Assembly: GCA_902470835.1 (NCBI GenBank) | Contig: CABRHR010000001.1 | Coordinates: 1 to 56,179, forward strand | DNA: 56,179 nt | Reading direction: 5' to 3' | DNA from: an uncultured Collinsella sp. | Lineage (GTDB): Bacteria > Actinomycetota > Coriobacteriia > Coriobacteriales > Coriobacteriaceae | Shown here: piece after piece, positions 1 through 8,700 of the stretch | How the letters are laid out: each line of letters opens with the position of its first letter | How positions within the stretch are numbered: position 1 is the first letter of the stretch | The notes under the pieces: model-generated | Database searches by the model: none | Seen by the model: only the letters and a program-made list of their open reading frames with translations | Told to the model about the DNA's origin: nothing | Translations under genes and position numbers: made by a program

Positions 1-90
1 GCGCAACGCGTTGCGCTGAGTCCTGAGGCTGTTGCAATGAAAATGATAATCAAGGAAAGACGAGTAAACAGCTCGTTATTTCTGGCGAGA

Positions 91-120
91 TTCAAGAGCA
101 GGTAAACCGCCTGATATACT
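91..120 (+). promoter_or_regulatory. Putative sigma70 promoter for the tandem surface-protein genes
   Basis: TTCAAG (91-96), 18 bp spacer, extended -10 TGaTATACT (112-120), 50 bp upstream of ATG 171. Confidence 0.5.
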
Positions 121-170
121 TACATTAGTGCTACCAAGTTAGTCGCCGACCCTTGAAATGAGGTGCCGAG

Positions 171-1184
171 ATGAACGACATTCTCGCAAGAAGAGCAAGA
201 CGAGCAACCGTGGGCATCGCCCTTTCCGCGGCACTTGCCGCGGGAATCGCCCCCGCAACGGCGATCGCGGCAGAAACCAGCGCCCCCACCGGTGCAGTTG
301 CCTTGCAGACGGAAGATGCGGCCGCCGCAAAAGAAAAAGCGTATGCAGCCATGCAGGAAGCGCTCAAAAACCTCGAGGCCGCAAAAGACGCCGCAAGTCC
401 CGAGAAACTTGCGGAAATCGATGATGACATTGCCGCATTTCAAGAACTCTACGACATGGTGGTGGCGGAAGCCGCCAAACGGAGGGCACCCCTTCCCGCC
501 ATGCAAGCGAACGTCGATGCAGCCCAAGCCAAATACGATGAGGCCCACAACCGGACAAGCGGCCTTCAGGCAGAATTAGATAAGGCACTTGAAGCACTCG
601 GCGACGAGGAGCCCAGCACAGCTATTAAGGAGCAAATAAAGCAGTTGCGCAGTGAGATCATGTCGGCAGAAAGGCGAGAAAAATCTTGTGAAGATGATCT
701 TCACCGCTACCAACGCCGGCTCGAAAGCCAGGAAAAACAGGTTCAGTATTTCGAAAGTGAGGCAGAGGAAGCTAAAGCCCACATCGACGAGGACATAGCC
801 AAGCGAAATGCGCTCCTCGGCGATTTGGAAAAGGCGCAAGCGGCCTATGACGACGCCTGCAAGGCATACGAAGAGGCAAAGGCCGCGGCAGACAAGGCCA
901 CCTCGCCCGAGATAACGAAACCCGCCGAGACGACAAAACCCTCCAGCTCAGCGCAGCCGGCCGAAACGGCACAGCCCGCTAGCTCGCCCGCGACCGGCAA
1001 ATACGCTCCATCGAGCTCCACCAAGCAGGCGAACATGAGCAGCGGCAAGCAAGCAGATACGACCGCCGACAAGCTCGCGAACACGGGCGACGCAGCACCG
1101 AGCGCAATCGCACTAGCAGGAATCGCCGCCATGGGGCTCGGAATAACCGCCACAGCCACCCGCCGCATCAAGAACTCAAAATAG
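171..1184 (+). CDS. Sortase-anchored coiled-coil surface protein (337 aa), copy 1
   Basis: RBS GAGGTG; basic+hydrophobic signal peptide ending AIA-AE; E/K/A-rich helical body; P/S/T linker; LANTG + hydrophobic segment + RRIK tail. Confidence 0.9.
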   Translation: MNDILARRARRATVGIALSAALAAGIAPATAIAAETSAPTGAVALQTEDAAAAKEKAYAAMQEALKNLEAAKDAASPEKLAEIDDDIAAFQELYDMVVAEAAKRRAPLPAMQANVDAAQAKYDEAHNRTSGLQAELDKALEALGDEEPSTAIKEQIKQLRSEIMSAERREKSCEDDLHRYQRRLESQEKQVQYFESEAEEAKAHIDEDIAKRNALLGDLEKAQAAYDDACKAYEEAKAAADKATSPEITKPAETTKPSSSAQPAETAQPASSPATGKYAPSSSTKQANMSSGKQADTTADKLANTGDAAPSAIALAGIAAMGLGITATATRRIKNSK

Positions 1185-1212
1185 CCTCCGACCCTTGAAA
1201 TGAGGTGCCGAG

Positions 1213-2205
1213 ATGAACGACATTCTCGCAAGAAGAGCAAGACGAGCAACCATGGGCATCGCCCTTTCCGTGGCACTTGCCGCGGGAATTGTCCCCGCAA
1301 CGGCGATCGCGGCAGAAACCAGCTCCCCCGTCGATGCGGTCGCCTTGCAGACGGAAGATGCGGCAGCCGAAAAAGAAAAAGCGTATGCAGCCATGCAGAA
1401 AGCGCTCAAAAACCTCGAAGCCGCAAAAGCCGCCGCCAGTCCCGAGATAATTGCGAAAATTGATGATAACATTGCCTTTCTTCAACCGTTCTACGATAAA
1501 TATTCGGCAGAAGCCGCCAAATGGAGGGAGCCCCTTCCCGCCATGCAAGCAAACGTCGATGCAGCCCAAGCCAAATACGACGAGGCCAACAATCGTGTAA
1601 GCGAGGTTAAGACAAAATATGAAAAGGCACGCAGCGACGGGGCTTCCTACGAAGCTCTTAGTCAGTTGCGTCGGGAGATCAGCATGGCGCAAGCAGAAGT
1701 AGAACCCTGGGAAATTGAGCTTAGGCACCGGCGAAGCGAGCTCGAACGTCAGGAAGAACGGTTTAAGCGTTACGAAACCGAGGCGGAGGGAATGAAAGCC
1801 AAGATCGACGAGGCCAAAGCCAAGCGAGATGCGCTCCTCGGCGATTTGGAAAAGGCACAAGCGGCCTATGACGACGCCTGCAAGGCATACGAAGAGGCAA
1901 AGGCCGCGGCAGACAAGGCCACCTCGCCCGAGATAACGCAACCCACCGAGACGACGCCTCCCTCCGGCTCGACGCAACCGGCCGAGACGACACAGCCCGC
2001 CAGCTCGCCCGCGACCGGCAAAGACACCGCACCGAGCTCCTCCAAGCAGGCGAACACGGGCAACGGCAAACAAGCGAATACGACCGCCGGCAAGCTCGCA
2101 AACACAGGCGACACAACGCCGAGCGCAATCGCACTAGCAGGAATCGCCGTCGCAGGACTCGGAATAACCGCCACAGCCACACGCCGCCTCAAGAACTCAA
2201 AATAG
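1213..2205 (+). CDS. Sortase-anchored coiled-coil surface protein (330 aa), copy 2
   Basis: Same RBS/leader, signal peptide and LANTG anchor as copy 1; divergent central region. Confidence 0.9.
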   Translation: MNDILARRARRATMGIALSVALAAGIVPATAIAAETSSPVDAVALQTEDAAAEKEKAYAAMQKALKNLEAAKAAASPEIIAKIDDNIAFLQPFYDKYSAEAAKWREPLPAMQANVDAAQAKYDEANNRVSEVKTKYEKARSDGASYEALSQLRREISMAQAEVEPWEIELRHRRSELERQEERFKRYETEAEGMKAKIDEAKAKRDALLGDLEKAQAAYDDACKAYEEAKAAADKATSPEITQPTETTPPSGSTQPAETTQPASSPATGKDTAPSSSKQANTGNGKQANTTAGKLANTGDTTPSAIALAGIAVAGLGITATATRRLKNSK

Positions 2206-2248
2206 CCGCCAGAGCATATCGTTCCCACCAATCTTCAAGCCCATAGAC

Positions 2249-2296
2249 AAAAGAGGCCCGTTTCCCCAACCAAACCCAGGGAAACGGGCCTCTTTT
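2249..2296 (+). terminator. Intrinsic (likely bidirectional) terminator
   Basis: 18-bp inverted repeat aaaagaggcccgtttccc / gggaaacgggcctctttt. Confidence 0.85.
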
Positions 2297-2439
2297 CTTA
2301 CTTGTAAAAACAGATGGTAATGCCGCCGTCTCTTGAAGCGCGCAACTATCAATGCCCAGGCAACGCCAACAAGCAGCACAAAACACGGGATTCAATTCTT
2401 CAGATAAATGCGCCTTTACGGGTGATTTTTGGACGACGG

Positions 2440-2534
2440 GGCCCGGCCGGCGGCGAGGTATTTGGTAGTCGAGCGATCCCGCAGGCGCAGCCGAGGACCA
2501 GCGAGACACCAAATACCTCGCCGCCGGCCGGGCC
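2440..2534. repeat. Perfect 27-bp inverted repeat with 41-bp spacer
   Basis: ggcccggccggcggcgaggtatttggt (2440-2466) / accaaatacctcgccgccggccgggcc (2508-2534). Confidence 0.9.
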
Positions 2535-2553
2535 ATGTCGCGGTAACAAAAAA

Positions 2554-2671
2554 GCGCCCGTGCGCTCGATGGATTCGGATGCCCGACAGAGGCTCCTTAT
2601 GGCTGCTTCCTTCCGGACCTGACCAGATTCGGAACATGTCGTCATCCGAACCCATCGAACGCGCTAGGCGC
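2554..2671 (-). ncRNA. ffs: Signal recognition particle RNA (small bacterial 4.5S type)
   Basis: Minus strand carries the conserved domain IV sequence GGTCAGGTCCGGAAGGAAGCAGCC at the tip of a long hairpin closed by GCGCC...GGCGC; U-tract follows (A-run 2548-2553). Confidence 0.95.
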
Positions 2672-2678
2672 TCGGTAT

Positions 2679-2707
2679 ATCTTACCCGCTCCCGCCCAAC
2701 AGGGCAA
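2679..2707 (-). promoter_or_regulatory. ffs promoter
   Basis: Minus strand TTGCCC (2707-2702), 17 bp, TAAGAT (2684-2679), 7 nt before the RNA 5' end. Confidence 0.75.
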
Positions 2708-2741
2708 GTGGGGCGAACCCATCGGATGGATCCGCCCCACT
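2707..2741 (-). terminator. Hairpin after the giant adhesin stop codon
   Basis: agtggggcg / cgccccact stem, 12 bp downstream of stop at 2753; weak U-tract. Confidence 0.5.
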
Positions 2742-2752
2742 CGTGCATATCG

Positions 2753-5700
2753 CTAGCGGCGCCTGCGGTACAGGGCCGCACCGCCCGCGACGGCCAGCGC
2801 GCCGATGCCGGCCATGGCGCCGAGTGCCGTCGCCGGCAGGCTGCGGTCGCCGGTGTCGGGCATGCCGCCCTTGGAGCCGCCGCCGCCGGAGCTGTCGCCG
2901 GAGCCGCTATCGGAACCGCCGCCCGGCGTGCCGGGGTTCTCCGGGGTGCCGGGGGTCTCCGGGGTGCCGGGCTCCTCGGCGTAGCTGTTGGTGAAGACCG
3001 GCGGCAGGTTGGCGTCGCCCTCGTAGGAGACCTTCGCCGACAGGTAGCCCGTCTTGGTGCCGTCTGCCGCCTCGTCGCTCACCGTGACGACGATCTTGTG
3101 CACGGCCTTGTCGTAGGTCACATGCGCCTGGCCGTCGTCGATCTCGCTCACCGTGAAGGTGTAGGTGACGGCTTGCTTGAAGGTCAGCGCGTCGAACGTG
3201 ACGCTGCCGTCGGCGGCGTTCTTGGCGGTCGACATCACCTTGCCGTCCCGGCTCTTGAGCTCGAAGCTGAACTGCCCCGCCTTGAGCTCGGCGCCCTTGA
3301 GCACCTTGGCGGCACCCAGCTTGAGGATGACGGGCGCGGCCTTGTAGCCGTTGGTGAACGTCACCGAGTCATCGCCCGTGGGGTTGCCCTCGGCATCCGT
3401 GAGCTCGTGCTTGACGGCGAGCGTGCCGTTGCCGGCGTCGGTGACCGTCGTGCGCACGCGGCGCGTCGCTTTGTCGTAGGTCACGCCGCCCGCCGTGCCG
3501 GTGACCTCGCGCAGCTCGTAGCTGTGCGTGCCGGGCGCGGTGTAGGTGACCGGGTTGAGTGCGACTGTGCCGTCTGCGGCGTTCTTGCCCGTCGCCGCGA
3601 CGCTCTCGCTGCCGTCGGCGTTGATCTCGATCAACTGGAACTCGAACTCGCCCTCGGCCAGGTCGCGGCCTTTGAGCTTCTTGTTCACCTTGATCTGGTC
3701 GGTGACGGAGCTCGGGGCGGGGCCGACGCCGTAGGTGTTGGTGAACTCGAACGCGCCCTTGCCCTCGGGCGTGCCCTCGGCGGGCAGGACCTCCGCGAAA
3801 AGCGTGCCCGCGCTGGTGTCCTCGACTACTTTGACCGTGAAGGTCCTGGTCGCCGTCGCGTCGTTGACCACGCCGTCGACCGAACCGGACTCGCTCACCC
3901 GGTAGGCGAACGTCTTGGTGCGCATGCCGTCACCGTCGATCTTGACGTCATCGAGGTCGCTCGGCTGCTTGAACGTGACGCGGCCCAGCTCGACGTTGCC
4001 GGCGGCGTCGTTGGTCGCCTCGGTCACCGTCTTGCCGGAGACGTCGACCGGCGCGGGCGCGCCATCCAGCGGCTCAACCTTGAAGGTGAACTTGTCCGCG
4101 ATGTCGGCCTGCGTCAGGCCGAGGCCGGCCTGGCCGAGCGCCAGCGTCTTGGTGCCCGCGAGGTCGACCGTCGCCTCGTTGGTGCCGTAGCCGTTCACGA
4201 ACGACAGCTTGCCGTCGCAGCCCTTGGGATAGGTCACGGCAACATCCAGCCCGCCCTTGCCGTTATCGGTCACCTTGACGGTGATGTCGAAGCTCGACGC
4301 AGTCGCCGTCACGCCGGCGGGCAGTGCCGCCGTGCCCTCGGACACGGTATAGGGGATGGACCAGGAGCCGTCGGCCGCCTTGGTGGCGGTACCGTCCGCC
4401 GCCATCTGCTCGAGCGAGCCGGTGGTGTAGGCGATGGGCGAGAACGCGAGCCCCGCGACCTCGCCGTCGTCGGAAGCGCGGTTGGACGCGGTCGCGACCA
4501 CGTTACCGTGGGCATCGCGGACGGAGAACGAGAACTCGCCCGCCGCCGCGGCGCGGCCCGTCAGCGTCTTGGTGGCCTCGATGGACGCGCTACCCTCGCC
4601 GCCGAGCGTGCCAGTGGCCTCATAGGAGTTCTGGAACGCGACCGTCACGGGCGCGGGCGCCGCCGTGGCGTCATCGGCCGTCGAGACCTCGCTGCGGGCG
4701 ACCTCGATGCCGTCCTTGACGACCGTGGTCGTGACCGTGAGCTCGCCCGTCGCGGCGTCGTAGGCGGGCGCGATGGCCACCGTGCGCGGCTCGGCGTCGT
4801 TGGCGTAGCCCTCGCCGCCGAGCTTGGTCTCGGTGACGGTGAAGCTGTAGGTCTTGCCCGCGTCGGCGTCGGTGAACGTCACGTCGCCCTTTGCGGCGCC
4901 GCCGATGAGGTCGATCAGGTCGGTTTCCCCGTCACCAGCTGCGGAAACGGCGTAGGCGTCCTTGCCGGTCTTGAGGCCGAGCTTGGCGGCCGTCTCGTCG
5001 TCGGCGGTCACGGTGAAGGCGAACTGGCCCGCCTCCATCGCGCGGCCGGAGAGCGTCTTGGACAGGCGCACGCCCGCGCGGGCCGAGTAGTCGAGCTCGG
5101 TCGTGTAGGTGTTCACGAAATCGCCGCCGCTCGCCTGCGCGATCGCGGGCGTCGAGGCCGTGAGGTTGCCGGAGCCGTCGTCGGTCACGGTCACCGTCAT
5201 CGTGGCGACGTGGCCGTCGTAGGACACGCCGGCGATGGCAGAGCCGTCATCGGGCCTGGCCTCGCTCACCGTGTAGGTGAAGGTCTTGGCGCGCACGCGC
5301 TTGCCGCCGACCTCGGCGAACCCGGCGTCCCTGATGTCGTCGAGCGTGTAGCGGATGTGGCCAAAGTCGAAGGCGACCTTTTCGCCCGCCTTGGTCCCGG
5401 CGGCATTCACACTGACGGTCTTGGAGCCGTCGGAGGAGCCCTCGGGCATGGGCGCGCCGTCCTCGCCCGTGAGCGCGAACTGGAAGCTGTCGCTCTCCGC
5501 CCAGTCGCGGCCCTTGAGCGTCTTGGTGAAGAGCCCCGCGGTGGAGACGTCCCTGCCCTCGGTGGCCGTTCCGTACGTGTTGGTGAACGCCGCGGTCGCG
5601 CCGGCCTCGGTCACGGTGCCCTCGGCCCCGTCGGCCGTGGTCGCGTAGCCCTCGGCCGCATCCTCGGTCACGGTGTAGCGCGCGCCCACGGGTAGGCCGG

Positions 5701-8700
5701 CGATGGTCTTCTCCCCGCCGTCCTTAAGCGCAAAGGCCGCCTTGCCGTCCGTGAACGTCACGGCGTTCTCGCCCTCGCCGAAGGTGCCGGAGACGGGCTC
5801 GCCGTCCCCGTCGGTCAGCGCGACCGTGAAGCCGAACTCGCGCTGGCTGTCGCCGCCGACGACCGTCTTCTTGACGGTAAGGCTGCCGGTCTTGGCGGTG
5901 TTGGTAAAGACCGCCGCCTCGACCGTGCGCTCAACAGCGTCGCCCGCATCGTCGGTCAGCTGTGCAATCTTGGTCTTGGCAGACAGCTTACCGGCGCCAT
6001 CGTCGGTCACCGTGACGGTGGCACGATAGGTGGCCTTCGAGAAGATGAGCGACGTCTCGTCACCCGGCTGCTCGGCGACCACATAGGTATAGGTACCGGG
6101 CTTGGTGTACTCGATGGTACCGAAGTTACCAACCTGGGCATCCTCGTGCAGTTTAATCGTCGACACGCCGTCCTTGGCGCCCTTGGGCATGGGCGCCTCG
6201 CCCTGGGCGGTCAGCGTCATGGTAAAGGCATCCGCCTTAGTCCAGTTGCGTCCGGAGATCTTCTTTTGAACCTTAAAGGCGTTTTCCACCTTTGTGGACT
6301 CCACGCTGTAGACGTTGGTGAAGCCCACCTGCGTCGCCTGTCCGACGGTACCCTTCTGGGGGTTCGCCTTATCGGCAACCGCAAAGCCGTCCTCGCTCGT
6401 CATGAGGTTGCCCTTGGAGTCGAGCTCCTGCACCTCGTAGCGAGCACCCACGGGCACGGCAATCGTCACGGAGCCGCCGGCCTTAAGCGCGATGGTGTCC
6501 CCGCTCTTGATCTGTCCACTTACATAGGTGCCGTTGGTGCCGCTGGGGCGGCCAGCATACGCAAAGGTACCGGTCAGAGGCGTTGCGCCATCGGCCTGGT
6601 AGAGCAGCACCTTAAAGGTGAATGCCTTGTTGGGCGCGACAATGCCTTCGGCGGCCGTGACCGTCTTGCTCAGCGTCAGGCGGCCGTCAGAGACCTCATC
6701 GGTAGTGGTGTTGGTCTTAACGGCAGGGTTGTTGCCAACCGCCACCGACGCCTGGTTGGAGATGTCATCCGAAGCGCTGCCGCTCTTGAATGCGTCCTCG
6801 GTCACACGAACCTTAAACTGTACCGTGCCCTCCTCGCCAGCGGGAACGTCCGTCAGCTTCCAGGTGAGGTTACCGTCCTTGTCCTTGGTTGCGATATCCG
6901 CATGGTCGCCCGTAAACTCCACGAACTCAGTTCCCGCCGGAACGGCATCGGAGACCGTCACCTTAGCCGACTTCTTCTCGGTGTTCTTGTAGCCGATGGT
7001 ATAGGTGAGCTCATCGCCCAACTTGACGCCCGACCCCTTCGAATCCTGAGCGTCGCTCTCGGACTTCTTGGGCACGTAGTTGGTCGTGGTGCCAGTGTAG
7101 CTCTTGTTGCCAACCGTTACGGTAGCCTTGTTCTCAACGGTGCCGACAGCGCCCTGAGCACCCTTCACGGCGTCCTCGGTAATCTTGACGCGCACGCGCA
7201 CCGAACCGTGACTGCCCGCAGGTTGCTCGCCCAGGTTCCAGGTGAGCAACTGGCCACTCGCGGAACCCTTATCGGCATTCTTGCCCTCAAAGGCCTCGAA
7301 CGCGACGCCAGTGGGAAGCTCGTCGGTCACGGTCACCTTGGCCGGAACCAGGTTGCCATTGGCATCGGCCTCGGTGTTGACCCAGTTAATGGTGTAGACG
7401 TAGGAGTCGCCCACGGAGAGCAGCTGCCCGTCGATATCCACATCAGGCTTCGCGACCGTGCCGATCGTCTTGACCTTATCGCGTGTGTTGTGGAAGACGA
7501 TCTTGCCGTTCTCGGTACCGTCGCGATAGGTCACCTTGGACATAAGCTTGCCGTTGTTGTTATCGGTCACCTCGAGCAGCACGCGGCACGTCGCGGACGT
7601 GTCCACGGGACGCACGCCCTCGGGCAGGTTGGCCAAGCGCTCTTTTGCCACCAGGTTAAAGCTGTAGGTAGTGGTGTGGTCGGCATTGTGTTGCTTGGTG
7701 GCAACACCATCCTTCACAGCGCCAGCAAGGTCAATCGTCAGCTCATGGGATCCGCCGAGAGCGCCGCCAAGCTTAAAGTTAACCTTGCCGAAGTCGACCT
7801 TTGCGGTACCGTTCTCGCCCGCCTGGGTCTTACCCTCATCCATCCATACGAGCGAGCCGTCGGCCTTCTCCGCATACAAGTCAAACGTATACTGACCCGC
7901 CTCAATCTTGTCGCCGGAGTCCATTACCTTCTCGGCAGCAAGGCCCTCAAAAGTTCCCTTCGCGACGTAACTGTTGGTAAAGGACACCTGGGCCTTAGCG
8001 GTACCGTCCGCGGAGCTAAAGGTCTTTTCATCCTCAGAAAGCTCGTCGTTCTTGGCGTCATAGTGCTTGACCGTAGTCACGGTATAGAGCGAACCGTTAT
8101 CGCGCTTCTTAACCGCAATCTCTACCTTCCAATAGGTAGAGTCGTATGTATAGCCGCCCTGGTTACCCTTATTTTCGACGATCTTGTAGGCAAACGTCTT
8201 ATCCGCATCTTCCGTCGCAAAGGTCAGGCCACCTAAAATACCGGTATGGGACGCGCCATCGGCCTGCGGCTCATCGTTTGTAACGACAAGCTCGCCCTTA
8301 TCCTTGTCCGCACGCAGCAGCGCCTTAAGCTTTTCAGTTGAGACGGTGTCTTCGCCCGTTACCGTAAAGCCAAACATGCCGGCATGCAGGTCGTGCCCAT
8401 TGAGCGTCTTGACGATCTCAAGACCGCCCTGGAGCTCGTAGCTCGTTGAAGTTCGATAGCTATTGGTAAAGATGAAGCCTTCCGAGCCGGTCGTGCCATC
8501 GGCACGCGCCACAAGCTTGCCGCCCTCATCGGTTACCTTAACGGTCAGGTTATAGGTGTGCGTGTCATAGTTCCATTCGCCGGAACCGCCGTTCGGGGCC
8601 AGCTCCTTTATCGCAAACTCATACGTACCCGGCTTGTTGAAGGTGAGCTTTGAGAAGTCAATCTTTTCGTGCTCTCCGTCCTTGAGGCCCTCCTTCGTTT

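Larger units (their letters stand above)
146..2210 (+). repeat. Tandem duplication, two ~1.04 kb units including the 25-bp RBS leader
   Basis: ccgacccttgaaatgaggtgccgagATG at 146 and 1188; near-identical 5' and 3' gene parts. Confidence 0.9.

Noticed and set aside
1..57. 16-bp perfect palindrome (1-16) and Fur-box-like GAAAATGATAATCA (39-52)
   Set aside because: At the window edge with no context; only a half-match to the Fur consensus
546..1818. Diversity-generating retroelement behind the variable cores
   Set aside because: Differences are not adenine-specific, include an indel, and no reverse transcriptase is in the window
2925..2977. Short tandem repeats near the adhesin 3' end
   Set aside because: Encode the ordinary PGTPE cell-wall-spanning linker
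2429..5695. 1088-aa + strand ORF (also 6146-8236, 8669-9946)
   Set aside because: Antisense shadow of the high-GC3 adhesin gene; no RBS or recognisable domain, and it runs through ffs
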